NCBI GenBank assembly: GCA_046754105.1
Contig: JBHHVD010000020.1
Location: 1 to 40,907 of the forward strand
Reading direction: 5' to 3'
DNA length: 40,907 bases
DNA from: Candidatus Krumholzibacteriia bacterium
GTDB taxonomy: Bacteria > Krumholzibacteriota > Krumholzibacteriia > WVZY01
Shown here: positions 8,525-18,396 of the stretch, piece by piece
Position numbering within the stretch: the stretch's first letter is position 1
How the letters are laid out: each line of letters opens with the position of its first letter
Position numbers and translations under genes: made by a program
Notes under the pieces: model-generated
Seen by the model: the letters and a program-made list of their open reading frames with translations, nothing else
The model's database searches: none
Told to the model about the DNA's origin: nothing

Positions 8525-9349
8525 TTATCGGACCGTCTTGCTCGCGATGGGTTTGTAGAGAGAGACCTTGCGGTCGGCGAAGAGATTATTGTTGGGATTG
8601 ATCGACTTGTTCATCGCCTGCTCGAGATCGACTTCGACGATTTTCAGCGACTCGCTTCGCTCGCCGGCGTGGGCGAGCACCTCGCCGCCGGGGCCGACCA
8701 CCTGGCTCTTGCCCGTGAAGGCCAGCGTCACGTTGCCCCGCTTCTCGGTGCCGATGCGGTTGGCGGTAACACTGAAAACCTTGTTCTCGATCGAGCGCGT
8801 GCGCATGGCGTCCTGGCAGTGGGGCATGACCAGGTTGGCTGGATGGCAAATGATGACGGCGCCCTTTAGCGCCAGAACCCGCGTGACCTCGGGGAAAAAC
8901 CAGTCGAAGCATACCATCATACCGACCTTTGCGCCGTCAACGGGATGCGCGGCGTAGCTGCGATCGCCGGCGCTGAAGAATAGCTTCTCACGGTCGAACA
9001 GATGCGTCTTCTGGTAAACGGATACCTTGCCCGTCGCCGTGATCAAGACGGAGGAGTTGAAATATTTGCCACCTTTCTTTTCGGCAATACCGAATACCAG
9101 GTTGAGCTTTTTCTGTTTGGCGACCTTCTTCATTTCCGTAACCGTGTAACCGCTGGCCGCCGATTCGGAGAGCGCCTGCAGCTCGTCCTTGCTCCGAAAC
9201 AAATAGCCGGTATTAAAAAGCTCGGGCAGCACCACCGTCGCCTCGGTGATGTTCTTGAGCAGCGATTTTGCCGATCGCACGTTTTCTTTGACCGCCCCAA
9301 ACTTCGGTCTCGTCTGCAGGAACCCGATCTTCACGCGACTCGCCCCCAT
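8525..9349 (-). CDS. Carbon-nitrogen hydrolase (nitrilase/amidase superfamily)
   Basis: Glu-Lys-Cys triad motifs LPELF, YQKTHL, VCFDW. Confidence 0.92.
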   Translation of the reverse strand: MGASRVKIGFLQTRPKFGAVKENVRSAKSLLKNITEATVVLPELFNTGYLFRSKDELQALSESAASGYTVTEMKKVAKQKKLNLVFGIAEKKGGKYFNSSVLITATGKVSVYQKTHLFDREKLFFSAGDRSYAAHPVDGAKVGMMVCFDWFFPEVTRVLALKGAVIICHPANLVMPHCQDAMRTRSIENKVFSVTANRIGTEKRGNVTLAFTGKSQVVGPGGEVLAHAGERSESLKIVEVDLEQAMNKSINPNNNLFADRKVSLYKPIASKTVR

Positions 9350-9403
9350 TGCGCGCCCCCGCCGGGGATCGTCTCCCGGGCGACCGGCGCGAGTGAATCA
9401 ACA

Positions 9404-9416
9404 CAACCAATTGATA
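9404..9416 (-). promoter_or_regulatory. IHF-like binding site
   Basis: Minus strand TATCAATTGGTTG matches WATCAANNNNTTR in an AT-rich divergent intergenic region. Confidence 0.35.
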
Positions 9417-9712
9417 TACATTCAGTTACGCCAAGACCTCTCACAAGATCACCCCGATTATACCCGAAATACGCGCGGATGCAAATAGCGAAGGGAGGCG
9501 GAGCGCAAAAACTGGCGAATACGCGCGTACGGGCGGTGATGACACGTGTATTCACTTGTCACCACACAAGATAGATCGCTGCCTTTTGCGTGAGACGGGG
9601 CCAGTGGTTATCTTTTAAGCAGAATGGATATAGTGGAGGGATATGAGGTAGGTGGGGGTAGAGCCCAAACCTCGTTACGGCAAAGGCTTCCGGAACGAGC
9701 GGCGCCCAGGCG

Positions 9713-9728
9713 TGGCATGAAGATTGCA
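9713..9728 (+). promoter_or_regulatory. Sigma-54 promoter
   Basis: TGGCATGAAGATTGCA, GG-N10-GC, about 40 nt upstream of ATG 9767. Confidence 0.75.
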
Positions 9729-9766
9729 AAACGTCAGCAGCCGTACGTCTCGAGAAACGAGGTTTC

Positions 9767-10561
9767 ATGGAACACATCGACGGGAAGACTACAGTGGCTT
9801 TCGACCTGCACACCAATCTGGGCCCGAATAACAAACGGGAAATCGAGCCGACGTTCTTCTTCATGCTCAACTGCCTGCTCTACAGCCGGCTAGAAACAGG
9901 GCATCCTTCGAACAAGGATTTCTACGATGAAGACGTCAACATGTACCTGACCAATCTCTTGTGCTCCTTCATGAAGCCCGAGTATCACCGGCGGGCAAAG
10001 AAATACATATCGCGCTACGACACGAGCCTGTTCTCCAAGATTGAAGATTCTTCCGACGTACGCCTCAAGTACACGATCTACAAGACCAACGCGGATTTCC
10101 TGCTCATTTCCATCGGTATTTTCAAGAACGGCCGGGGCGGCAAACTGGACCCCGCGTCGCTTTTGATGAACTCGGAAGAGGCCCACATGGGGCGGGCGAA
10201 AACGTACTATAATTTCGCCTACTCGTACAGCCAGTCGATGTTCAACAAGTCCTCCGGCGTCAGCGAGGTGCTGGAGAAACTCTCGAAGGGATTTGAGCGC
10301 TACGTCGAGATACTCAGCCACATGCGGGGCGAGTATTTCAATATCCTCGAGCGCCTCGGAAAAGGCGAGATCTACCACCTCGAACGATCGATCGACAAGG
10401 ATGCCGTGAGCGAAGAGCTCAAGAAGCTACAGGACGAGTTCCTCGACCTCTATTCGGACTACATGAAGACGAAGAACCCGAGCCAGCGAAAAAAGCTCGA
10501 AAAGATGGTCAAGAACATCAAGCGTATCGACTCGTCGTTCAATTTTCACATCGAAGACTGA
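9767..10561 (+). CDS. Hypothetical protein, predicted helical, Tyr/Lys-rich
   Basis: 264-aa ORF with GAGGT RBS and protein-like composition; no recognised catalytic motif. Confidence 0.85.
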   Translation: MEHIDGKTTVAFDLHTNLGPNNKREIEPTFFFMLNCLLYSRLETGHPSNKDFYDEDVNMYLTNLLCSFMKPEYHRRAKKYISRYDTSLFSKIEDSSDVRLKYTIYKTNADFLLISIGIFKNGRGGKLDPASLLMNSEEAHMGRAKTYYNFAYSYSQSMFNKSSGVSEVLEKLSKGFERYVEILSHMRGEYFNILERLGKGEIYHLERSIDKDAVSEELKKLQDEFLDLYSDYMKTKNPSQRKKLEKMVKNIKRIDSSFNFHIED

Positions 10562-10603
10562 AAAGGGCCGAGCGCGCTACTTGCGCCCGGCAGGGGAAGC
10601 CAC

Positions 10604-11443
10604 CTAGGGCGCCGTGCGCGCGACCTGGATCTTCTGTGCGAAGTCGTACATGCGCGCGAAGACCTCCTGCTTGGCCTGGCCGCGCGTAAGGGCGTGGGTG
10701 CCGGAGGGCAGCAGGACCACTTCGCTCTGCCCGCCTCGCGCCCATTTCTTGAGGTGTTTGAGTCCCCGGGTCGAGACCACCTGATCGTCCCGCGCCTGCA
10801 GGGTCAGTACCGGGGTGTTCTTGTTTTGTTCCGACCGGCGCACGCGTTCCATGGCTTTAGTGGTCTCCCCGTTCCAACCGGCGAAGCGGAAGAACAACGT
10901 CGGGGAAGCATGGCGCGCCAGCACCTGGAAGCGTCCCTTGAAACCGAGCTTGGGGTAGATCGCGGGGGCGAGCAGTACCATCCCCCTTATATCGTGCAGG
11001 CCGGAGAGAATCATGGAAATGGTACCGCCGAGGCTCAATCCGGTGACGATCGTGTTTGGGGAGTAGCGCAGAACGGTGGTTAGCGCGTTTTCCGCCATCG
11101 TCACCCACGATTCCCAAGTCACCATGCGGTTCTTGAGGTCGTAGCGCGCCAGGCGCGGGCAGTAGACCGTAAATCCCTTGCCGTAAAAATAATTTCCGAG
11201 GTCGCGAACCTCCGCCGGCGAGCCGTGGGCGCCGTGGAGCACGAGCATCGCGGGTGCTTTTTCCTCCTGGAGGAACAAGAAGGACCGGTCGTCACGCGGC
11301 ACGTGGAGACTGCGGTCGTACTCGAAGCGCTGCAAAAAATGGGCACGCAGCAGCTCACGACCGAGCTTGAGGTCTTTCGGCCGCTTCTCGAGAAGGTTCT
11401 CGATTTCCCAGATAGTGCGGTTAATCTGTCCGTGCCACGTCAT
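10604..11443 (-). CDS. Alpha/beta hydrolase (carboxylesterase-like)
   Basis: LHG oxyanion motif, GLSLGG nucleophile elbow, DDQVV acid, GTH histidine. Confidence 0.88.
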   Translation of the reverse strand: MTWHGQINRTIWEIENLLEKRPKDLKLGRELLRAHFLQRFEYDRSLHVPRDDRSFLFLQEEKAPAMLVLHGAHGSPAEVRDLGNYFYGKGFTVYCPRLARYDLKNRMVTWESWVTMAENALTTVLRYSPNTIVTGLSLGGTISMILSGLHDIRGMVLLAPAIYPKLGFKGRFQVLARHASPTLFFRFAGWNGETTKAMERVRRSEQNKNTPVLTLQARDDQVVSTRGLKHLKKWARGGQSEVVLLPSGTHALTRGQAKQEVFARMYDFAQKIQVARTAP

Positions 11444-11451
11444 AGGTCGTC

Positions 11452-12912
11452 CTAACCGATCCGATAGTTGGGGGCTTCCTTCGTAATCATCACATCGTGT
11501 GGGTGACTCTCGCGAAGTGACGCGCCCGAGACCTGCATGAAACGGGCTTTTTTCTTGAGTTCGGCGATCGTCTCCACACCACAGTAGCCCATCCCTGCCT
11601 TCAGCCCGCCGATCAACTGGAACACCGAATCGGTCAGCTTGCCCTTGAACGGGACGCGTCCTTCGATCCCCTCCGCCACCAGCTTCGACGCTTCCACGCC
11701 CTCCTGCATGTAACGATCGCCGCTGCCTTCCTTCATGGCCTCGATCGAACCCATGCCGCGGTAGCTCTTGAACGCCCGCCCCTCGAACAGTTCCGTCTTG
11801 CCTGGACTCTCCTCGGTGCCGGCAAAGAGGCTGCCGATCATTACCGAATCGGCACCCGCGGCGAGGGCCTTGACGACGTCACCGCTGTACTTGATCCCGC
11901 CGTCGGCGATTATCGGGATACCCACTTTCGACGCCACACGGGCGCACTCCATGACGGCGGTGACCTGTGGTACGCCGATCCCGGCGACGACCCGGGTCGT
12001 ACAGATGGCACCAGGCCCCATACCGATCTTGATGCCGTCGGCCCCTTGTTTGATGAGATCGGTGGCCGCCCTGGCCGTGGCGATATTCCCCGCAATGACC
12101 TGCAGCTTGCGGTGCCTCGTCTTGAGCGCCAGGAGCGTGTCGAGCACGTTTTGCGTGTGTCCGTGCGATGTGTCTATGGCCACAACGTCGACGTTGCTCT
12201 CCACGAGCAGGTCGGCTCGTTTCATGGCATCCTCGCCCACGCCGATCGCAGCACCGACCCGCAGCCGTCCCTTCTCGTCCGTGCAGGCGTTCGGAAAATC
12301 CATTTTCTTCTTGATGTCCTTGAACGTGATGAGGCCCTTAACGCGCTTGCGGGCATCCACTACCGGCAGCTTCTCGATGCGGTGCTCATGCAGGATCCGC
12401 TTGGCCTCATCCATCGAGACTCCCTCCGGGGCGGTGACGAGGTTGTCCCGGGTCATTATGTCGCGGATGGGGAGGTCGTCTTCGTCGACGAAGCGCAGGT
12501 CGCGGCTGGTGAGCATCCCGACGAGCTTCTCCTTGTCCGTGATGGGCACACCGGAGATTCGGTACTGCTTCATCATGGCCCGCGCTTCCCGGATCGTCTG
12601 ATCGGGCTCGAGGGTGACCGGATTGTGGATCACGCCGCTCTCGCTGCGCTTGACGCGGTCGACCTGACCGGCCTGGACCCCGGGACCCATATTCTTGTGG
12701 ATAAACCCGATGCCGCCCTCGCGCGCTAGCGCGATAGCCAGATCGGCCTCGGTGACCGTGTCCATCGCGGCGGAAATGATCGGAATATTCAGCTGGATCT
12801 TCTTGGTGAGCCGCGTCGTCGTGTTCACGTCGGAAGGGTGGACGGACGATTTCGCGGGCACCAGCAAAACGTCGTCGAAGGTAATCCCGTTACCGATGAT
12901 TTTCTCTAGCAC
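11452..12912 (-). CDS. guaB: IMP dehydrogenase
   Basis: TFDDVLLVP, SAAMDTVTE, CBS pair, catalytic GMGPGAICTTR, YRGMGS. Confidence 0.98.
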   Translation of the reverse strand: MLEKIIGNGITFDDVLLVPAKSSVHPSDVNTTTRLTKKIQLNIPIISAAMDTVTEADLAIALAREGGIGFIHKNMGPGVQAGQVDRVKRSESGVIHNPVTLEPDQTIREARAMMKQYRISGVPITDKEKLVGMLTSRDLRFVDEDDLPIRDIMTRDNLVTAPEGVSMDEAKRILHEHRIEKLPVVDARKRVKGLITFKDIKKKMDFPNACTDEKGRLRVGAAIGVGEDAMKRADLLVESNVDVVAIDTSHGHTQNVLDTLLALKTRHRKLQVIAGNIATARAATDLIKQGADGIKIGMGPGAICTTRVVAGIGVPQVTAVMECARVASKVGIPIIADGGIKYSGDVVKALAAGADSVMIGSLFAGTEESPGKTELFEGRAFKSYRGMGSIEAMKEGSGDRYMQEGVEASKLVAEGIEGRVPFKGKLTDSVFQLIGGLKAGMGYCGVETIAELKKKARFMQVSGASLRESHPHDVMITKEAPNYRIG

Positions 12913-12959
12913 CTGGCCCCCCTGCTTTGTAGCGCCCCGCTTTCAAGGTGAATTGATCT

Positions 12960-12988
12960 AATGTAGCACCGACAAGGCGGTTTGGCAA
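12960..12988 (-). promoter_or_regulatory. Sigma-70-type promoter of guaB
   Basis: TTGCCA-N17-TACATT with extended -10 TG. Confidence 0.55.
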
Positions 12989-13073
12989 GACGAGATATGG
13001 GCTGGAGCGCGCGGGGCCGGTCGGAGCGACAATCGCTTGACAGACGCCCCCGGCAGGCTGGAATATCGGCGCA

Positions 13074-13727
13074 ATGGAAAACACGCTCCTGCAGTACATC
13101 CCGCGCCTCGTGTTCGCCCTCTTCGTGGGCGGGCTGATCGGCATCGAGCGCGAGATCAAGGGCAAACCCGCCGGCATGCGCACCAACATGTTGATGTGCA
13201 TGGGCACGTGTGTGCTGATGATCCTCTCCATCGAGATATTCGAGCGGGGCGTCGGCATGGGCGATCCCTCGCGGATCGCTTCCCAGGTCATGACCGGTAT
13301 CGGCTTTCTCGGCGCCGGGATGATCATCCAGTCGCGCCTGTCGGTCATGGGCCTGACGAGCGCGGCCACCCTGTGGTTCGTCGCCGCTATCGGTCTGGTC
13401 ATCGGCTGGGGCGACTACATTCTCGCCTCGGCATCGACGATCCTCATCATCGTAACGCTCACCATCCTCAGCGGTATCGAACAGCTGGTGGCGGTGCGCA
13501 TGCGTCGTCACATCCTCCAGTTCCGCTACCCGATCGAGGCGTCGGCCATGAAACAGGCGAAGAAAATCTTCGCCAGCTACCGCGTCAACCCGGAGAACCT
13601 GGAGTTCCGGCGCGGTAATACGAAGGTCGTGGTCGACGTGGAGTACGTTGCCCCGGACAAGAAGCACGGAAAAGTCGTCAAGGCCTTCCGCGACATCGAG
13701 AACATAGAGATCCTGGTCGATTTCTAG
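13074..13727 (+). CDS. MgtC/SapB family membrane protein
   Basis: IGIERE, KPAGMRT, DPSRIASQVMTGIGFLGAG, GLTSAATLW. Confidence 0.95.
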   Translation: MENTLLQYIPRLVFALFVGGLIGIEREIKGKPAGMRTNMLMCMGTCVLMILSIEIFERGVGMGDPSRIASQVMTGIGFLGAGMIIQSRLSVMGLTSAATLWFVAAIGLVIGWGDYILASASTILIIVTLTILSGIEQLVAVRMRRHILQFRYPIEASAMKQAKKIFASYRVNPENLEFRRGNTKVVVDVEYVAPDKKHGKVVKAFRDIENIEILVDF

Positions 13728-13761
13728 AACGTTGAGCCCGCCGGCCGGCCGCGGCACGCAT

Positions 13762-13810
13762 AAAAACCAAGGGTTCGAGCCACGACACGGCTCGAACCCT
13801 TTGTTCTTCT
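13762..13810. terminator. Probable bidirectional intrinsic terminator
   Basis: 13-bp perfect stem AAGGGTTCGAGCC/GGCTCGAACCCTT (13769-13801), A-tract on the left and T-rich on the right, between convergent genes. Confidence 0.8.
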
Positions 13811-13865
13811 CTTGCGGCCCACGGCGATCCGTGAGAGTCGGTGAGTGAGCCACGGGATCTGTTTT

Positions 13866-14054
13866 CTAGAGATCAGCTGGCTTGAGGGTCTTCCTCTTGT
13901 TCGCGATGGCCCTTGTCTCAGCAGTCTTGATCATCTCGCGGACCTTCTGATCGAGCGCCCCGTAGAACTCGCCCGACACGTTGCACTTCTTCGAGGCGGC
14001 CTTGGTCCGGGTCTTGGAAATGATCAGGTCGCCCGCTTTTCTTGCCTTTGCCAT
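13866..14054 (-). CDS. Bacterial histone-fold protein (62 aa), face-to-face-type-like
   Basis: MAKARKAGDLIISKTRTKAASKKCNVSGEFYGALDQKVREMIKTAETRAIANKRKTLKPADL: long alpha2 helix, RKT-x4-D histone signature, basic; AGGAGG RBS at 14061-14067. Confidence 0.88.
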   Translation of the reverse strand: MAKARKAGDLIISKTRTKAASKKCNVSGEFYGALDQKVREMIKTAETRAIANKRKTLKPADL

Positions 14055-14216
14055 GTAGCATCCTCCTGTTATGGGATGAAAACTCAAATAGACACTGAAT
14101 ACCGTATCAATTACCCGAATCCGGCATTCTTGTCAAAGAAAAACTCGGCCCGGGATCGCCCTTATTCCCGGTGTGGATGCCTTTTCCGGGGCCTGCACCG
14201 GGGCAAATCCCCCGCC

Positions 14217-14771
14217 CTAGACCTTCGGCAGGGTGATCCCCTCCTGAGCCTGGTACTTGCCCTTGCGGTCGGCGTACGAGGTCAGGCACTCCTCATCACT
14301 TTCAAAGAACAGCACTTGGGCGATTCCCTCGTTGGCGTAGATCTTGGCGGGAAGGGGAGTGGTGTTCGAAATCTCGAGGGTGATGAACCCCTCCCATTCG
14401 GGCTCGAACGGGGTCACGTTGGTGATAATTCCACAGCGGGCGTACGTGGATTTTCCCACGCAAATGGTCATCACGCTCCGGGGCACCCTGAAATACTCGA
14501 CGCTGCGCCCCAGGGCGAACGAGTTGGGCGGGATGATACAGGCGTCCCCCTTGAAGTCGACGAACGCGTTCGGGTCGAACCCCTTGGGGTCCACGACCGT
14601 TGTGTTGATATTGGTGAAAATCTTGAACTCGTCCGAAATCCGAATGTCGTAGCCGTACGAAGAGACGCCAAAGGAGACCTTGGTGTCCTTGACCTGCTCG
14701 GACACAAACGGCTCGATCATGTTGTGCTCCTTGACCATTCGTACGATCCATTTATCGGGTTTGATCGACAT
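14217..14771 (-). CDS. dcd: dCTP deaminase
   Basis: [36 protein letters not shown]. Confidence 0.96.
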   Translation of the reverse strand: MSIKPDKWIVRMVKEHNMIEPFVSEQVKDTKVSFGVSSYGYDIRISDEFKIFTNINTTVVDPKGFDPNAFVDFKGDACIIPPNSFALGRSVEYFRVPRSVMTICVGKSTYARCGIITNVTPFEPEWEGFITLEISNTTPLPAKIYANEGIAQVLFFESDEECLTSYADRKGKYQAQEGITLPKV

Positions 14772-14981
14772 GCGTTGTCCTTTCCGTGCTTATGTCCAGC
14801 TCACGACTTCCCAACTTCCTGTGCTGGCCGGCGCGGGTCGTGTCAGCGAACAGCCCGCCCGTGGACCCGGGCCGGAGGGGGCATCGACACCGCTTGAGCC
14901 GCAATTCCGCAGCGCGCTCTGACCTTTGGACGCGCGCGAGGACCATGGAGGCGAAAGCGGTGTCGATGCCCCCAAAGCCAC

Positions 14982-15284
14982 TCACGTCCTCAGCTTGCGG
15001 GCCAGGTGGCGCTCGATGTCGTCGACCTTGGAGCGGATCGTGCCCGTCGCGTCCTCTCGGTCGTCGATGGTTACCTGCGTGTGCACGCGACGCGAACACT
15101 CCCGCATTTTCTCGTGGCAGCGACGGACGAGGGTCCATACCTCGCCGGGCTCGCCTTCGACGATGGTTCCCATCGCCGTCAGCCGGTAATCGATCCCGCT
15201 GCGATCGATGATATCGATGACTTTGGCAACGTCCGAGCTGAGGGCCTCCTTGCCCAGCGGCACCACGCTAAAAATCGCAATCAC
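14982..15284 (-). CDS. MTH1187/YkoF-like thiamine-binding family protein
   Basis: FSVVPLG, YRLTAMGTIVEG, IDDRE; GTG start overlaps the upstream stop (GTGA). Confidence 0.88.
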   Translation of the reverse strand: MIAIFSVVPLGKEALSSDVAKVIDIIDRSGIDYRLTAMGTIVEGEPGEVWTLVRRCHEKMRECSRRVHTQVTIDDREDATGTIRSKVDDIERHLARKLRT

Positions 15285-16438
15285 GCCACACCCCCGGATG
15301 CCCCGCGGCGGAGTTCCTCCGCTACGCCGGGCAGGATCTCGAGTACCCGCTCTACATGTGACGCCTCGGAGTGCCGCCCGAGACTGAACCGCACCGCTCC
15401 GATCGCCTCGTCGCGCGTGAGACCCATTCCCTGCATGAGAACCGCCGATGGCTCCGAATTGGCCGACGCGCACGCCGACGCCCCCGAGACGGCAATACCC
15501 GACTCGTCCAGCACCTGGATCAGCCGCCCGGAGGCGATGCCACGAAACGAGATGTTCGTGGTGTTGGGCACGCGGCGCGCGCGGTCTCCGCTGACCCTCG
15601 TATCCGGCACTCTCTCCAGGATTCCGTTTTCCAACCGGTCCCTCAAAACCGCCAGGCGCCCGGCGACTTCATCGATGTCCCGCAGCACCAGGCGGCACGC
15701 CTCACCAAACGCCGCGGCGGCCGCCACGTTCTCCGTACCGCTCCGGAGTCCCATTTCCTGGCCCCCGCCGTGCACCGCGGGCGAGAGCCCGACGCCGTTA
15801 CGAACATAGAGCGCACCGACACCTTTCGGTCCGTAGAACTTGTGCCCGGATATCGACAGCAAGTCGACGGGCGCCTGCCGCACGTCGACGGGAATTTTAC
15901 CAAAGGCCTGGACGGCGTCGGTGTGAAAAACGACCTTGTGCCGCCGTGCGATCCGCCCGATCTCGGCCACCGGTTGAATCTGCCCGGCCTCGTTGTTTGC
16001 CCACATGACCGTAATGAGAAACGTGTCGTCTCGAATGGCGTTCTCGATTACCTGAGGGTCGACACAACCGCCGCGGTCGACCGGCAGGCAGGAGACGTGA
16101 AAACCCCGGTTTTCGAGGAAGTCGCAGCTCTTGCGCACGGCGGCGTGCTCGATACAGGTCGTAATGACATGGCCTCCGGAGCGGCCCGCCGCCAGGCCCT
16201 TGATCGCCAGGTTGGCGCTTTCGGAGCCGCCGTTTGTAAATACGATCTCGCTGGCGTCCGCCCCCAGGCTCTCGGCCACCTTGCGGCGCGAATCTTCCAG
16301 GCACGATTTCGACATGCGCCCCGGCAGGTGGGCGCTGCTGGGATTGCCGTAGCATTCCCGCGAGACGCGAAGCATTACTTCGAGCACTTCCTCGCGAACG
16401 GGCGTGGTCGCGTTGTAATCCATGTAGATGGTTTCCAC
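15281..16438 (-). CDS. iscS: Cysteine desulfurase (IscS/NifS family)
   Basis: YMDYNATTP, HTDAVQ, PLP lysine in SGHKFYGPKG, catalytic Cys in SGASACAS. Confidence 0.93.
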   Translation of the reverse strand: METIYMDYNATTPVREEVLEVMLRVSRECYGNPSSAHLPGRMSKSCLEDSRRKVAESLGADASEIVFTNGGSESANLAIKGLAAGRSGGHVITTCIEHAAVRKSCDFLENRGFHVSCLPVDRGGCVDPQVIENAIRDDTFLITVMWANNEAGQIQPVAEIGRIARRHKVVFHTDAVQAFGKIPVDVRQAPVDLLSISGHKFYGPKGVGALYVRNGVGLSPAVHGGGQEMGLRSGTENVAAAAAFGEACRLVLRDIDEVAGRLAVLRDRLENGILERVPDTRVSGDRARRVPNTTNISFRGIASGRLIQVLDESGIAVSGASACASANSEPSAVLMQGMGLTRDEAIGAVRFSLGRHSEASHVERVLEILPGVAEELRRGASGGVA

Positions 16439-16475
16439 GTCTTTTCCCCTTGTGAAATTCGCGGACTCGGCGTCG

Positions 16476-17075
16476 CTAGCGGAATGCCTTACCCAGGTTG
16501 CCCAGGAGGCTGAAATACTCCAGGCGCGCGGCGGTGTCCTCTTTGAACAGCCCCAGCATGGTACTGGTCATCGCCAGCGAGTTTTGTTTTTCCACTCCGC
16601 GCATCATCATGCACAGATGCTGCGCTTCGATGACCACGGCGACGCCGTGCGGCTGGAGATGACGGTCTATGGCGTGTGCGATCTCGCGTGTCATCCGTTC
16701 CTGGACTTGCAGCCGCCGAGCGAACACGTCCACCACGCGGGCGAGTTTGCTCAACCCGATGATCCGGTTCTTCGGCAGGTAGGCGATATGGCACTTTCCG
16801 AAAAAAGGCACGAGATGATGTTCGCAAAGGCTGTAGAAGTCGATGTCCTTGAGCAGCACCATCTCCTCCTGCTCTTCCTTGAAGACGGCATCGGCGATGA
16901 TGTCATCGACATCGACGCGGTACCCCTGGGTGAAGTACTTCAGGGCCTCGCTTACCCGGCCCGGGGTCTGCAGCAGGCCTTCCCGGTTCGGGTTTTCACC
17001 GATCTCGGCGAGAATTCCCCGGACGAACTCCGCCATCTTGTCACTCTTGTCGTTCTTCGGATTCACGGCGCTCAT
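16476..17075 (-). CDS. folE: GTP cyclohydrolase I
   Basis: [42 protein letters not shown] 17075 with AAGGAG RBS. Confidence 0.97.
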   Translation of the reverse strand: MSAVNPKNDKSDKMAEFVRGILAEIGENPNREGLLQTPGRVSEALKYFTQGYRVDVDDIIADAVFKEEQEEMVLLKDIDFYSLCEHHLVPFFGKCHIAYLPKNRIIGLSKLARVVDVFARRLQVQERMTREIAHAIDRHLQPHGVAVVIEAQHLCMMMRGVEKQNSLAMTSTMLGLFKEDTAARLEYFSLLGNLGKAFR

Positions 17076-17104
17076 TCGAGTCTCCTTGGAAAGGTCCGGG
17101 CCTT

Positions 17105-17554
17105 TCATACGGCTGTTGTTGGCGCGCCCCGCCCGGGCGAGCGTTCCGTCCCGCCGCGGTAGGTGAAACTGTTCTTGTGTGTTTCGATCACTCGCACGCT
17201 TACGAGAGTTGCTTCCTCTTTGATTTCGGGCTGGATAAAGTGCCATATCGCCCTGGCGACGTTTTCACCGGTGGAAATGAAACCATCGATGCCGAACGCC
17301 GTGTCCAGGTTCGCGTGGTGGAGCTTCGGCCGCAGCACCTCCTCCTTGAGCCGCCGAACGGCCTCACGGGAAATCACGCACGGGCGCCCGCCGCCGACGG
17401 GTGCGGCCACGGTGACCTCGAGCCCGTACTGGTGACCGTGCCCCGACGGGTTGGCGCATTCCGCATACGTGTCCCGGTTTTCGGCCTCGCTCAGGGCGGG
17501 GCTCCACAGCCGGTGGACCGCGTTGAACGCCGTTGTGAACGTCAGGTGCATCAT
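17105..17554 (-). CDS. 6-pyruvoyl-tetrahydropterin synthase / QueD family protein (C-X5-HGH type)
   Basis: [23 protein letters not shown] overlap with upstream paralogue. Confidence 0.88.
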   Translation of the reverse strand: MMHLTFTTAFNAVHRLWSPALSEAENRDTYAECANPSGHGHQYGLEVTVAAPVGGGRPCVISREAVRRLKEEVLRPKLHHANLDTAFGIDGFISTGENVARAIWHFIQPEIKEEATLVSVRVIETHKNSFTYRGGTERSPGRGAPTTAV

Positions 17555-17964
17555 ACCTTTCCGGCGTCCCCGTCGTAGTCGGCGAAGAACATGTCGTCTT
17601 CGTGAAGACGGACGTGGTAGAGCCTCGCGCCCGGCACCGCCCCGTCGAGTTGTTCCCACACGTATTTGGCCAGCATTTCCACCGTCGGCACGACGTCCTT
17701 GAACACGGCGACATCCTCGTTGAGATACTTGTGGTCGAGGTGTCTGACCACGCGCTCGCTCGCGATGGCGTCGAGTTTCGAAAGGTGCACGACCATGCCG
17801 GTCCTCTCGTCGGGCTCGCCCGCAAAGGTGACCTCGAGCACGTAGCTGTGCCCGTGCAGGTTCACGCATTCTCCAAACCGCTCCCGGTTTTCCTGGGGAG
17901 AGAGCGATTGGTCGTACAGGCGATGAGCCGCGCAGAAATGGATCTTGCGGGTGATATAGAGCAT
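17551..17964 (-). CDS. 6-pyruvoyl-tetrahydropterin synthase / QueD family protein (C-X3-HGH type)
   Basis: AAHRL, CVNLHGH, LDHKYLN, PTVE. Confidence 0.92.
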   Translation of the reverse strand: MLYITRKIHFCAAHRLYDQSLSPQENRERFGECVNLHGHSYVLEVTFAGEPDERTGMVVHLSKLDAIASERVVRHLDHKYLNEDVAVFKDVVPTVEMLAKYVWEQLDGAVPGARLYHVRLHEDDMFFADYDGDAGKV

Positions 17965-17999
17965 CGGTCGCTTACCCTACGGGGCGATTTCAGGGCCCT

Positions 18000-18028
18000 A
18001 TCATAGCAAAGAGCCGGCGGTCTGGACA
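18000..18028 (-). promoter_or_regulatory. Sigma-70-type promoter of the pterin operon
   Basis: TGTCCA-N17-TATGAT with extended -10 TG. Confidence 0.5.
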
Positions 18029-18066
18029 GCGCATTTCCGGGGTGGCCAGAAAACGGCATCATGCCG

Positions 18067-18095
18067 TTGACGGCGGGTTGCCCGTGTGCTACGCT
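18067..18095 (+). promoter_or_regulatory. Sigma-70-type promoter of the 6S-like RNA
   Basis: TTGACG-N17-TACGCT with extended -10 TG; no credible + strand CDS downstream. Confidence 0.6.
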
Positions 18096-18100
18096 CCCAC

Positions 18101-18298
18101 GGACTTACTGCTGCGAAATACCCATCCCCTTGTTTGAGATTGCTTCGCCCACTTTATGGATTCGGCGCGAGTTCGTTCGCGGATGGATGCGCACGCGTGC
18201 GACTCCGGGTGGTCGCGCCTGAGTTTTCTGGGAAGCAGCGGCGAGCCGGGGGGTCGAGAGATTCAAACAGTCGCTGGGTGGAAAGAAGCGGGAGTTCC
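18101..18298 (+). ncRNA. 6S RNA-like rod-shaped RNA (~198 nt)
   Basis: End-to-end pairing: 18101-18112/18287-18298, 18120-24/18275-79, 18130-37/18263-70, 18142-49/18240-46, 18164-70/18213-19, with internal bubbles; starts right after a promoter. Confidence 0.6.
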
Positions 18299-18396
18299 GT
18301 TACATGAACATCCAGGGACCTTCGTACGGAATCGTACGCCACCCGCCCCCAAGGCAAACGCGCCCGTTCGCTGCCACCCGCATCGGACCGCCTCGC

